64,000 nucleotides of DNA from Alphaproteobacteria bacterium (GCA_963422645.2 CAXXVO010000017.1:96001-160000), one strand, 5' to 3'; numbered from the stretch's first letter, positions 43,021 through 53,353 are shown. The notes: a model not told the origin generated them from the sequence alone. Made by a program: numbers and translations.

Positions 43021-43690
43021 TCAGGCGCGGTCGGGACCGGGGCGGGCGCCGGGGCGGCACGGGCGTTCGAGTTCGGCCTTCCACCATTCGGGGTCTTCGA
43101 CGGCGCGTTCTGCGGCGTCGTATCCGTCGTGACCGGTCCATCTTCCGGGGTCGGCGTCGGCGTACCATCGGCCTGCGCCGCGGTGTCGTTCGAGGGCGTC
43201 GTCGATGCGGGCGATCCCGTCCGCCGGGCGTCCCCGGCAGAAGCGCTCGAAGAAGGCGTTGAGGCGGCATCGGGGGCAGCGTCCGCAGGGCTCTGCCGCG
43301 ACGGTGCATCGCCAGGTGAGCGCCTCCAGCCCGGGCGGGAGCAGGGCCTGGAGCATGAAGCGCCCGGCGACGGGTCCGAAGGGGTCGTCCCGCGACGGCG
43401 GCCACTGCGCGCCGTCCTCCCAGCCGGGGAAGAAGGGGAGTTCCATGGGGACGGCGGTGCGCGCGCGGTAGGCCGGATGCCAGTACATGCGGTGCATGTC
43501 GTCGGCGGTGTCCCACGAGGTGATGCCGAGCATCACCCGGTCGGCGCGGTGCCGTTCGGCCTCGTCGGCGTGGGTTGCGTACCGGTCGAGGCCCCAGGGA
43601 CCGAAGGTGGGGTCGCAGACGCCCTCCCACCCTCTCCCGTCCCTGATCGGGTATCCGGCGCCGGCGTCGAGGTCGAGGCGCAGGGCCACG
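43021..43690 (-). pseudogene. 5'-truncated QueC-like protein
   Basis: LTWRC-TVAAE-PCGRCPRCRL resembles the QueC Zn site TWSCY..PCGxCxxCRLR; PP-loop N-terminus absent; junction position approximate. Confidence 0.5.
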
Positions 43691-44309
43691 GCGCCCACGC
43701 CCGGAACCGTCCGCGTCCACAACGAGAGCGAGACATGGCAGGCGCTCGCCCCGGACCTCGGCGGCCGCGACCTCGACGCAACATCCCGCCTCTTCCGCAA
43801 CCACCTGCTCGGCGGCGCCGGCATGCCCGAGCACTGGTTCGGCGGCGGCGGCGACGTCAACCGCGCAACCGCCGCAGAGATGGGCGATCCCGCCTTCAAG
43901 ACCCTCAAGATGCGCCAGAGGCTGTGGACCGAGATCCTGCGCCGGGCCGCAGACTACGCCATCGCCCGCAGGCTCGACCCCTCCGGCGCATCATGGCCCG
44001 ATCCCGCAGACCCCGCCCTCGCCGTCTCCGTCTCCGTCGAATGGCCCGAGATGGTGGTCGCCGACGCCTCCCGACACGCCGCCGCGCTCGCCCAGACCGC
44101 AGGCGCCGCGGCGCTGGCCATCGAGCGCGGCCTGCTCTCGGACGCCACCGCGCTCCGCGTCATCGCCGCGCTCACCGGGCGCCTCGGCGTCGAGATCGAC
44201 GCCGACGCCGAACTCGAGGCGGCGCGCGAAGACGCCGCCGGACGGGCCGAAGAAGACGCCTTCCGCGAGCCCCCGCAGGACGAGGACGCCGACGACGGCG
44301 AGGCGTAGC
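43690..44309 (+). pseudogene. phage portal protein C-terminal fragment
   Basis: PGTVRVHNESETW...GMPEHWFGGGGDVNRATAAEM; directly upstream of a gpF-like gene; no start codon. Confidence 0.6.
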
Positions 44310-44311
44310 AC

Positions 44312-45250
44312 GTGGCTACCGACCGTCAGCGCGAGCGCAGGCTCAAGGGCGAGCGATCCCGCCGTGCCCGCGCCCTGCCCCGCATCCAGAAGGACACCGC
44401 CGCCGAGGTCGGCCGCATCCTCGGGCGCGCCGAGCGCGACATCCGGGCCACCCTCGCCGGCGCGCCCTCCGATTACCAGGCATGGGCGCTGCCATCCCTC
44501 CAGGCCTCCGTCCGGGACGCCCTCGACAGCCTCGGCGCAGACGCCGGGCAGGCCATGGCCGAGGGCGCAACCCGCGCCTGGGACGCCGGCATCGATACCG
44601 TGGACGCCCCCGTCAACGCCGCCATGCGCCTCGATGCCCCCGACTTCCGCATCGCCGCCGTCCTGCCCGAGGTCGACACCCGCCAGCTCCTCGCCATGCG
44701 ATCCTTCCTCACCGCCAAAATGAAGGACGTCTCCACGACGCTTGCCGAACGCGTCAATACCGAACTCGGCCTGACCATGATCGGAACCCGCAGCGTCGGC
44801 GAGACCACCGGCCGCGTCGCCGCCATCCTCAAGACCGGCGGCAGGTCCCGCGCCCTGACAATCGTGCGGACCGAGCTCGGCCGCGCATACTCCATGGCCG
44901 GACAGCAGCGCATGGAGCAGGCCGCCGGGATCCTGCCGGGGCTGAGGAAGCAGTGGCGACGCTCCGGAAAGCTCAGAAGCCGCATCGCCCACGACGCCGT
45001 CGACGGACAGACCAGGGAAGCCGCCAGGCCCTTCGACGTCGGCGGCGCCTCGCTCATGTACCCCCGCGATCCCGCCGGACCCGCCGCCGAGACGATCAAC
45101 TGCGGATGCCAGTCGCTGCCATGGATGGAAAGCTGGGAGGTCGAGAACCCCGGGCGAAAGCCGTTCTCCGACGAGGAGATCGCACGCGACCCGCGGCGCG
45201 CCGATCTCGAAGGGAAGGAGGCCGGCGCGGGGACAACGCCGGCATCGTAG
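44312..45250 (+). CDS. phage head morphogenesis protein (Mu gpF / SPP1 gp7 family)
   Basis: RALTIVRTELGRAY, KQW, R-x-x-H-x-x-x-DG, LMYPRDP, ETINCGC. Confidence 0.85.
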   Translation: MATDRQRERRLKGERSRRARALPRIQKDTAAEVGRILGRAERDIRATLAGAPSDYQAWALPSLQASVRDALDSLGADAGQAMAEGATRAWDAGIDTVDAPVNAAMRLDAPDFRIAAVLPEVDTRQLLAMRSFLTAKMKDVSTTLAERVNTELGLTMIGTRSVGETTGRVAAILKTGGRSRALTIVRTELGRAYSMAGQQRMEQAAGILPGLRKQWRRSGKLRSRIAHDAVDGQTREAARPFDVGGASLMYPRDPAGPAAETINCGCQSLPWMESWEVENPGRKPFSDEEIARDPRRADLEGKEAGAGTTPAS

Positions 45251-45397
45251 ACCGGGCGAGGCGAAGCACCGCGCCGCACCCCGATTTACCGGCGAATCCG
45301 CACCCCCGGAACCGCGCCGATTTACAGGCCTTTCAGCACCCCTGAAACGCCCCGAAAATCACCGTTTCCAGCCAATTCACGGCCCTTTCCGGGCCGG

Positions 45398-45514
45398 ATT
45401 CGCAAAGACTTTCGTCCGGCCCGCCAGACCCCGGAAACGCCGCCAACCCCTTGACCGTCCGCCCTCTTCCGCCTTCTTCCCGGCATCTTCCGGATTCGCA
45501 ATGACTTTCGTCCC
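45398..45514 (-). repeat. two inverted 21-bp end sites, 75 bp apart
   Basis: 45398-45418 reads CGGACGAAAGTCTTTGCGAAT and 45494-45514 reads GGGACGAAAGTCATTGCGAAT on the minus strand. Confidence 0.9.
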
Positions 45515-45520
45515 CCTACA

Positions 45521-45661
45521 CGGCGAACCAGCGCTCGACCTGATTGATCCACACTTGCCGATGACGGAGCCGGTGGCGACATCGAGGGCGGCGAATAGCG
45601 AAGTGGTGCCGTTGCGCTTGTAATCGTGGGTGCGCCGCTCGGGCGCGCCCGGCAGCATCGG
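45521..45661 (-). pseudogene. IS630 transposase central fragment with internal deletion
   Basis: [37 protein letters not shown] joined out of frame to [10 protein letters not shown]. Confidence 0.85.
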
Positions 45662-45828
45662 CGTATGTCTGACTTGGCTGCTTGCGCCGGCCCGGCGGCG
45701 CGGCCCCTTTGCCAGGGTGTCCCGTCGCGCCGGGGCGCTTGCTCGCAAGGCGCGGCGCTGGACTCGGAACACGCAGCACAGGGAGAGCCGAAACCCGTGG
45801 CTCGTCAGCTTCGCTCGGGTTCGGAGCT

Positions 45829-46676
45829 TCACTTCATGCCCTGGAACCGATCGTCGTTGGTGGATAGCAGCCTTGCCCGATACTCCAGGATCGTCTCGAT
45901 GAGATATCTGTCCAGTTCCACGGTCAGCCCAAGGTTGTCTCGCTCCAGCGATCGGCGGGCAGACGGCGTCATCAGCGCGGTCCGGCAAGGCTCAACCGCC
46001 AAGACCGTCATCTCGGCCGCCTGATCTCCGAAAGCAGCCTCGGCGACCAATACGTCGCCGGGTCCGTACTCGTCCATTCGTGCCCCGGCATCTTCCTCGC
46101 GCGCCATGGCCCGGCCCTGGGTCAGAAACTGCAGGCCCTCCTGCTCCTCGCCTCGCACCACGATGGTATCGCCAGCCTCATACGCGCGACTCCGTAGCCA
46201 GGGCTTGAGCCGTTCCGTCAGGGCCTCGAAACGGGCCTGCCTCTCCACTTCGCGCAACGCGTGGTCGACGGAAAGACCGAACAAGGCGTCCCTCGCGTCG
46301 TCCGACGCATCTTGCAGCCGATCCCACTCGGCGATGACGAGGTCCTCGCAGCGCTCGAGGCCGCGGTCGAGGTCCTCTTCGAAGATCAGACTACGCCACT
46401 CGCCCTCGGGGAGGCCGCGCCGCAGGATCGAACGGACATGCTCCGCCACGGCGCTCAGGACAATGTGCGTCCCCTGGGCGCGCGCCGTCCGGACGGCGCG
46501 GAAAACGATATTCGCGGCCGAAACATCGAAGCCGGAGACCGCGGCGAAGTCCAGCAACAGGCACAGCGGGGCCGGGTCGGCACTGAGGGCTTGCTTGAGA
46601 CGATGCCCCATGGGGGAGGCGTTGCCGAAAATGATGTAACCACGCAGCCTGTAGGCGCGCACACGCTCGCCGTGGT
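45829..46676 (-). pseudogene. C-terminal STAS + cNMP-binding part of a SulP-type transporter, cut by IS21
   Basis: YRLRGYIIFG, LLLDFAAVSGFDVSA, EDLDRGLERCED, cNMP beta-roll (GDTIVVRGE, YGPGDV). Confidence 0.75.
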
Positions 46677-46878
46677 TGTCAATCGGCTTTCAATACTGAC
46701 CCCCGATCGGCGTGCAAAATTGACCCCCCTGAGTGGCACGGCGGAGGTTGTCCCGGTAGCCAATAGGGGGGACCCGCGCGGCTTCGTGTGGCGCCCTGCG
46801 CTACGCGGAGCGAAGCCGCGTGGGGGGTCCCTGTTGGCCCACCGGGGCAACCGGGCCGCAAGGGAGGCCGGCGGCGGG

Positions 46879-47607
46879 TCAGGAGCGGTTCTTGAAGCGC
46901 CAGCTCTCGTTGCCGGTCTCGATGATCTCGCAATGATGGGTGAGGCGATCGAGCAGCGCTGTGGTCATCTTGGGGTCGCCGAAGACGGATGGCCATTCGC
47001 CGAAGGCGAGGTTTGTGGTGATGACGATCGAGGTGCGCTCGTAGAGCCGGCTCATCAGATGGAAGAGCAGCTGCCCACCGGCCTGGGCGAAGGGCAGGTA
47101 GCCGAGCTCGTCGAGGATGACGAAGTCGCGGCGGACGAGCTGGTCTGCAGTGCGGCCCTGGCGTCCGGCGCGAAGCTCGGCCTCGAGGAGGTTGACCAGG
47201 TCGACGACGTTGTAGCACCGGCCGCGCGCGCCCTTGCGGATGCAGGACCGCGCGATGGCGACGGCGAGATGGGTCTTGCCGGTACCGGTGCCGCCGACCA
47301 GCACGATGTTGCGTTTGCCCTCGAGGAAGCCGCCGCCGGCGAGCTCCTGGATCAGGGGCTCGTTGACCGGCGAGGCGGCGAAGTCGAAGTCGGCCAGCTC
47401 CTTGACCGTCGGCAGCTTGGCGGAGGCCATCTGGTACTTGATCGAGCGGGCCCTCTTGTCGGCGATCTCGACCTGCAGCAGCGTACCGATGATCTGTTGC
47501 ACCGGATGGCGGCGCTTGAGCCCGTCGGCAAGGATGTCGTCGTAAGCGGCGCGCATACCTGCGAGCTTCAGCTGGGTCATCATCTCCAGCACATCATGAC
47601 GCTCCAT
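46879..47607 (-). CDS. istB: IS21 ATPase IstB
   Basis: [29 protein letters not shown]. Confidence 0.96.
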   Translation of the reverse strand: MERHDVLEMMTQLKLAGMRAAYDDILADGLKRRHPVQQIIGTLLQVEIADKRARSIKYQMASAKLPTVKELADFDFAASPVNEPLIQELAGGGFLEGKRNIVLVGGTGTGKTHLAVAIARSCIRKGARGRCYNVVDLVNLLEAELRAGRQGRTADQLVRRDFVILDELGYLPFAQAGGQLLFHLMSRLYERTSIVITTNLAFGEWPSVFGDPKMTTALLDRLTHHCEIIETGNESWRFKNRS

Positions 47608-49108
47608 GACCGGCCTCCCTCAGGCTGTCGTAGCGCTGACAGTCGGCTACCGGCTTGTGGCGAAGCTGCAGGCCCTCGGGCGTCGGGATGATTGCCGGCG
47701 GTGCCGGCTGGCGCTGCCGGGCGAGGATGTTGAGCACCACGTCGGCGCTGCAGGCACCGCAGTCGAGCGTCTCGGCACAGGCCGCCTCAACCGCCTCCAG
47801 TCCGTCCTCCAGCACCGCCGCGAGCACCTTGACGAACTGCCGGTCGCCGTCGTCGTGGCCCGCGAGCCGGGTTCGCAGGCGGCCGAGCGCGTTGGGCAAC
47901 TGCCAGTCCTTGAAGGGCGCGCCATTGCGTAGCGCGCCGGGCTTCCGCGTCAGGATCGGCACGTAATGCCACGGATCGTAGACGAACCGGCCGCGCCCGA
48001 AGCTGCGGGGGTGCTCGGCAACGGTCTCGCCGTCCTGGCGGATGACGATCCGATCGGCATAGGCCCGCACGTCCACCGGCCGGCCGACGGCGCGGGCCGC
48101 GACGCTGTACTGGTTGTTGTCGAAGCGCACCAGACAGGTCTTCGAGACCGACACCTCGCTGGCATGGAAGCCGTCGAAGGGGCCGCGATACGCCATCAGG
48201 AAGGGCTGCTCCTCCTCGAACACCTGCCACACCGTCTTGCCCGGGATTGTCGGATGCGGATGCTTCTTGGCGTCCTCGATGCACCGATCCATCAGCCACT
48301 CGTTGATCTCGGCGTAGGAGCGGCCCCGCGGGATGGGCACGAACAGGCGGCCGCGAAGGTCACCCACCTGCTTCTCGACCTGCCCCTTCTCCCAGCCAGC
48401 CCCTGGCGTGCACGCCACAGGCTCCACCAGATGGTGCGAGCACAGCTCCTGGAAGCGGCGGTTGTAGTCCCGCTTCTTGCCCACGAAGATCGTGCTCACC
48501 GCCGTCTTCATGTTGTCGTAGATGCCCCGCCGGCAGACCCCGCCGAAGAAGCGGAAGGCACGCTCGTGCGCCTCGAAGACCATCTCCTGGCTCTCGCGGG
48601 GAAAGATCTGGACCAGATACATCCGGCTGTGGCACAGCCGCATGTGCGCCGCCTTCACCCTGGTCGTCGCGCCCGACAGACGCGCGTACTCGTGGCTCCA
48701 GTCGAACTGGTAGGCCTCGCCGGGATCGAAGATCAGCGGCACATAGGCCTGCGCCGGCGACAACAGCCGCCACCGGCGCCGCCAGGCCCTGGCATAGCGG
48801 CGAACCGCGTCATAGCCGCCCTTGTAGCCCAGCGACACAAGGTCTTCATGAATCCGCAGAAGAGACAGCCGATCCTTGCGTGCCTTCTTCTCGTTGGCCT
48901 TCAGCTGGCGCTCAAGCTCCTCCACCCACAGCCCAAGCTTCGGCATCGGCTGGATCTTGCGCTCGTAGCTGTGCGAGGTCGCATCGCCCCGCACCACCTT
49001 GCGTATCGTGTTCTTGGAAACCCTCAAATCCCGGGCGAGCTTCTTGATCGGAACGCCCTTCACCAGATGATCCCGACGGATCTTCGCGATCGTTTCCACA
49101 ACCAGCAT
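47594..49108 (-). CDS. istA: IS21 transposase IstA
   Basis: [35 protein letters not shown]. Confidence 0.96.
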   Translation of the reverse strand: MLVVETIAKIRRDHLVKGVPIKKLARDLRVSKNTIRKVVRGDATSHSYERKIQPMPKLGLWVEELERQLKANEKKARKDRLSLLRIHEDLVSLGYKGGYDAVRRYARAWRRRWRLLSPAQAYVPLIFDPGEAYQFDWSHEYARLSGATTRVKAAHMRLCHSRMYLVQIFPRESQEMVFEAHERAFRFFGGVCRRGIYDNMKTAVSTIFVGKKRDYNRRFQELCSHHLVEPVACTPGAGWEKGQVEKQVGDLRGRLFVPIPRGRSYAEINEWLMDRCIEDAKKHPHPTIPGKTVWQVFEEEQPFLMAYRGPFDGFHASEVSVSKTCLVRFDNNQYSVAARAVGRPVDVRAYADRIVIRQDGETVAEHPRSFGRGRFVYDPWHYVPILTRKPGALRNGAPFKDWQLPNALGRLRTRLAGHDDGDRQFVKVLAAVLEDGLEAVEAACAETLDCGACSADVVLNILARQRQPAPPAIIPTPEGLQLRHKPVADCQRYDSLREAGHGAS

Positions 49109-49377
49109 CTCCCCCACCACCCCGTCCGTCCAAACGACGAGGTGTGTTCATGGACACAAATCCAAGGGGGTCAATTTTGGACGCCGATCACCCCCAATAG
49201 GGGGTCACTTTTCCACGCTTAACAACAGTCCGACTCGCGCACGTGTCCCCGGCGCCTCGACGATCGGAGCTCGCACGTCGGGATCGCCGCCGCACGAGAC
49301 CGTCAGGTGGCCGCCACGAGCAAGAGGGGGCCGGTCGAGTGTCGCGGACGGGCTCCCGTCCGCATCCCCGCCTGCGC

Positions 49378-50484
49378 TCAGGTGCGAGGCGCGACCAGTT
49401 CGTAGCTGGTGCTACGTCCGCCCGCCGCACCGCGGACCAGGATGCCGCGTTCGACCAGATCGCGGATGTCGCGGTTCGCCGTGTCCTGCGAGCAGCGGTT
49501 CATCCTCGCCCACTTCGACGAGGTGAGCTTGCCCTCGAAGCCGTCGAGAAGCCGGTTGAGGATCTTCAGCTGGCGCCGGTTGAACACATCGGAGGCGTGG
49601 GCCTCCCAGAATGCGGCCTTCGCCAGGACGGCGGCGAGAGTGTTGCGGGCGTTCCCGATCGCGCGCCCGAGGCACTCAAGAAACCAGACCTGCCAGGCGG
49701 TGATTTCCAGGCCGCCCTTCTGGGTGGCCTCGAGAATGTCGTAGTAGGCGCTCCGCTCCAGGCCGATCTGCGCCGACATGCTGTAGAAGCGCTCGGGGCT
49801 CTTCTCCGAGCGGGCCAGGGCCATGTCCGCGAGCGCCCGCGCGATGCGCCCGTTTCCGTCTTCGAAGGGATGGACCGTGACGAACCAGAGATGGGCAACA
49901 CCGGCGGCCAGCACCGGGTCCATGGTGTGCGAGCCTTCGAACCATCCCAGGAAGGCGGACATCTCGTCTGCGAGGCGTGCGGCAGGCGGAGCGGCATAGT
50001 GAACGCGTTGCCGTCCGACGGGGCCGGAGACCACCTGCATCGGCCCGTCCGCGTCGTCGCGCCATTGGCCGACGCGAATCGGGCGCATGCCGCTGTATCC
50101 GGTCGGGAAGAGCGCGGCATGCCAGGAGAACAGCCGCTCTGCAGACAGCGGCTCGGTGTAGTTGCGGGTGGCGTCGAGGGTCATCTCGACGACGCCGTCG
50201 ACGTTGCGGTCGGGCGCGACCAGGCCGCCGGCGTCCAGGCCGAGGCGGCTTGCAATGGACGAGCGCACCCGGTCGCGGGCGAGGATCTCGCCCTCGATCT
50301 CGCTGGTCTTCACCACGTCCTCGGTGAGCGTGCGCAAGGTGGCCTCGCTGCGCATCTTGAAGCCCAGGGCGTCCATGCGGCCGAGCAGCTTGCCCTGGGC
50401 GTGGCGTGTCTCGGCCAGGGCTGCGGAGAGCCGGGCCGTGTCCTGCTCGAAGCGTGGCCATTCGGGACGTTGCCATATGTACAT
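49378..50484 (-). CDS. Fic-family protein with DUF4172-type N-terminus and C-terminal HTH
   Basis: MYIWQRPEWPRF, TSEIEGE, HPFEDGNGRIAR, GGRSTSY. Confidence 0.92.
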   Translation of the reverse strand: MYIWQRPEWPRFEQDTARLSAALAETRHAQGKLLGRMDALGFKMRSEATLRTLTEDVVKTSEIEGEILARDRVRSSIASRLGLDAGGLVAPDRNVDGVVEMTLDATRNYTEPLSAERLFSWHAALFPTGYSGMRPIRVGQWRDDADGPMQVVSGPVGRQRVHYAAPPAARLADEMSAFLGWFEGSHTMDPVLAAGVAHLWFVTVHPFEDGNGRIARALADMALARSEKSPERFYSMSAQIGLERSAYYDILEATQKGGLEITAWQVWFLECLGRAIGNARNTLAAVLAKAAFWEAHASDVFNRRQLKILNRLLDGFEGKLTSSKWARMNRCSQDTANRDIRDLVERGILVRGAAGGRSTSYELVAPRT

Positions 50485-51211
50485 GGGTCATGCTCCGCAC
50501 GAGTTGCGGTGAATGTAGGCCTATTCCCCGCAGCGGCAAGGCCGTCCGGGCCTGCATGGCGAAGAGCCGGCCTTCGATCCGGCCTGTGTTGGCGAGCGCG
50601 TCAGAGCGCGCTCGTTCGCTGAAGTTCGGCAGCCGGGTGTCTTTGTCCGGCGATCGGTGTACGCCGATCCCGTGTACTTGCCGCCGTGGTGGCCCTCTCC
50701 GTCCGCGGCCCATGACGGCCGGCGCGGCGTCCTCTGCGACGGGACGCCCGCCCGGCGCCCGCGTCACGGCCGCCCTTCGCCTCTCTGCGTCGCTCGGGCG
50801 CGGTGGGAATCGGGCAAGAGGAGCGCGGCGCCAGGCGGGATCGATCGCGCGAGCGCCGGGGATCGGCGGAAAGGGCACGCAGCGCTGGGAGGCGGAGGCC
50901 GCGCCGTGAAGTGACGGTGACCACCTGCCGGCAGAATACCGTGGCGGTCAGGCGCGCAGACCGAAGATCGCCCTGCTGTGCGGCAGCGGCGCGAGCTGTT
51001 CGACGATCGCGGCTGGATCGGCGCGGCGCGGCGCGCAGAAAGTCACCGCGGTCACCAGAGAGGCGGCGACGGGACCGCCACATGTTGCGCAAGGCCGGCC
51101 GCAGCCGCTCCGCGTTGGCGGGACCGCCGTCGCACAAGCGGTGCTGTTCGGAGGGTGGCGCGAGCCCTTCGCATTGGCGGCGGGAGGACCGCCGTCCGCG
51201 TGCACGGGCAG

Positions 51212-52159
51212 CTACATGGTCCCGTCGAAGAAGCCGAGGCACGCGCGAGCCTGCGGCCTCTGCCTTCCCTCCGGTGTGAGCGCGGCAGTGAAGCACCGGG
51301 CGGTCTCGACAAAGCCGTCGCCCAGCGCCACCAGAGCCCCGCTCTCCACGTACCGCCCGATCAGGTGACGCCAGCCCAGCACCAGGCCGCGGCCGGCAAC
51401 CGCTGCCTCCAGTGCGTACAGATGAATGTCGAACTCTTCATAGCATTGCCTGGAGGCCGGGCGGCCGGACGCGGCAAACCATCGCTTCCACGACGAAGCG
51501 CCCTCCCCGGGGCGGGCGAAGGCGAGAAAGGTCAGGCCGCCCCAGCCCGCCACCGGCCCGCTCAGGGTCTCTGCATGCTCAGCCGCGTAGCCGGGCGAGC
51601 AGAAGGGCCTCAACGCCTCCCGGGCGACGACAACGCGGTCCCCGGGTGTGGAGATCCCGGCGTCCCAGGCCAGGACCACGTCGGCGGGCGGCCGGGGCGG
51701 AACGTGGCCCATGGCGGGGGAGTGGACCTGGATGCGGAGGCGGACATGCTCCCCCAGGGCCTCCCTGAGCGCCTGGTAGCGTGGCATCAGGAAGAGATGC
51801 GACACCTCGTCCGCGCAGGCGATGGCCACCTCCGGCCGGGCCTCGCCCGAGAGCGATGCCGCGTCCGCCGCCCCCGCGCGAAGGGCGCCGAGACCCACGT
51901 GCACGGCGTCGCGAAAGAGCCGGCCGGGCTCGGTCAGGCGTACGCCCGTCCGGGAGCGCTCGAACAGCCGCGCGCGGAGCTGAGTCTCGAGGCGCGCCAT
52001 GTGGCGGCTGATCACGGATTGCGTGGTGCCGAGTTCCGCCGCCGCCCTCGAGAAGTTGCCGTAGTGCGCGGCGCTCTCGAAGGCGATCAAGGCGCTCGCG
52101 GGCGGTATCGAGTATGGCCCGCGATCGCTCACGGTCGTGCCCGCGTGCTCAGTGTGCAT
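51212..52159 (-). CDS. LysR regulator (GcvA-like); start uncertain
   Basis: PPASALIAFESAA..NFSRAAAELGTTQSVISRH; AAVAGRGLVLGW. Confidence 0.85.
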   Translation of the reverse strand: MHTEHAGTTVSDRGPYSIPPASALIAFESAAHYGNFSRAAAELGTTQSVISRHMARLETQLRARLFERSRTGVRLTEPGRLFRDAVHVGLGALRAGAADAASLSGEARPEVAIACADEVSHLFLMPRYQALREALGEHVRLRIQVHSPAMGHVPPRPPADVVLAWDAGISTPGDRVVVAREALRPFCSPGYAAEHAETLSGPVAGWGGLTFLAFARPGEGASSWKRWFAASGRPASRQCYEEFDIHLYALEAAVAGRGLVLGWRHLIGRYVESGALVALGDGFVETARCFTAALTPEGRQRPQARACLGFFDGTM

Positions 52160-52276
52160 GGGCTCGACCGGGCCCTGGTCCGGACGTCGCTGCGCCGTGC
52201 CGGCCGCGGCGAGACGCTGCCCGCCGGGTAGTATTGCCCGAACCACCGCCATCTCCGGGGCACCGGGCTTGCAGCG

Positions 52277-52699
52277 TCATGAGGCATCGTCCGGCGCGGT
52301 GCGCTTCGTCAGCGTCACGACGTTGCGGCCGTCCTGGCGCCGCCAAGCCGCGCCGTCTATGGTCTTGCGTACGAGATAGGTGCCGAGGCCGCCCCTGGCG
52401 TGGTCTACCAGCGGAGCGGACGAATCTCGCTTCGGCGCCTGCAGTGGGTCGAACGCCCTGCCGTCGTCTGCGATCTCAACGACCGGGGTGCCGCCTTCAA
52501 GGCGCAGGACGAGGTCGATCAAGTGCTGCCTGCCGTCGTCGTGGCCGTAGCCGATCGTGTTGGTCACCAGCTCATCAACCGCCAGAGTGGCGTCGAAGCA
52601 GATGCCGGGCGCCAAGCCGTGTGCCGTGCAAAATGCGTCAATCCTGGCGGCAGCGCTGCTAGTGCCACGCAGGTCGCTGGCAACCGAGAACTCAAGCAT
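52277..52699 (-). CDS. RsbW-like anti-sigma factor / Ser kinase
   Basis: DELVTNTIGYG, DDGRAFDP, GGLGTYLVRK. Confidence 0.82.
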   Translation of the reverse strand: MLEFSVASDLRGTSSAAARIDAFCTAHGLAPGICFDATLAVDELVTNTIGYGHDDGRQHLIDLVLRLEGGTPVVEIADDGRAFDPLQAPKRDSSAPLVDHARGGLGTYLVRKTIDGAAWRRQDGRNVVTLTKRTAPDDAS

Positions 52700-52787
52700 G
52701 TCGCCGCAGTTGTCGGTAATCGTCCGCCCGATGCTTCGATCCCGATCGACATTACGCGCGGCAACAGCGTCCGTCCCGCGCGCGGCC

Positions 52788-53063
52788 CTAACGCTGTGCC
52801 GGCTCGACGATGATGCGCCCCCGGCCGCGCCTGAGCAGATACCCGCCGCGCGGGATCGCGAGTGTGCCCTGCTGCACCAGCGGCCAGAGGGTGTCGACGA
52901 TGAGTTCGGCATTCCCGTCCGGCGCCGCTCCCGCAGCTGCCGGCTGCGACGACAGCCATTCGACGAAAGCACGATCGCCGATCTCGTCGCCTATGGACTT
53001 CCTCAGCGCATTGAGCTTCCTGTGCTGGCCCTTGGTCAATGCGGATTCGTTGATTGCGGACAT
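52788..53063 (-). CDS. hypothetical small protein, 91 aa
   Basis: SD GGAGAAGGGG, protein-like composition; no family recognised. Confidence 0.65.
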   Translation of the reverse strand: MSAINESALTKGQHRKLNALRKSIGDEIGDRAFVEWLSSQPAAAGAAPDGNAELIVDTLWPLVQQGTLAIPRGGYLLRRGRGRIIVEPAQR

Positions 53064-53101
53064 GCGATCCCCTTCCTCCGATGGCTGAAGCGTTGCCGGC
53101 G

Positions 53102-53266
53102 TCATATAGCAGGCTGAGCGGATTCCGGCGAACCTCGCCGGCCCGTCGCGGCGGCTGGACCGGTATCCGCGGCAGTCTTGCCGCCCAGCAGGTCGGCGCT
53201 GATACTGGCGGCGATCCGGGCCGCCGCATCATGCACGGAATCCCGCGCGAGGTGGGCGTAGCGCGC
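53102..53266 (-). pseudogene. tyrosine integrase C-terminal relic
   Basis: ARYAHLARDSVHDAAARIAASISADLL (catalytic Tyr region). Confidence 0.7.
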
Positions 53267-53353
53267 GCCCTGGTCGCTTGCGGCGGTTCACGCCCTGCCG
53301 CACATTCATTGCCTGACGAAACTCATGGAAATGCGCGAATTTGAATGATTTTC

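Larger units (their letters stand above)
42849..45520. mobile_element. internally deleted Mu-like transposable prophage (mini-Mu-type), 2672 bp
   Basis: TGTAG...CTACA termini, 5-bp TSD CGGCG (42844-42848, 45521-45525), four 21-bp end repeats, phage head genes inside. Confidence 0.8.
46677..49227 (-). mobile_element. IS21-family element, 2551 bp
   Basis: TGT..ACA ends with repeated TGACCCC motifs, istA-istB; no TSD visible. Confidence 0.92.

Noticed and set aside
42964-45345. 793-aa ORF spanning the mini element
   Set aside because: Arg/Pro-rich off-frame product of high GC; other frames carry the recognisable genes
49378-50484. Fic gene as a toxin-antitoxin or defence system
   Set aside because: Common stand-alone DUF4172-Fic architecture with no partner gene
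50500-51210. Several overlapping ORFs between fic and lysR
   Set aside because: No recognisable motif or SD; probably decayed or non-coding
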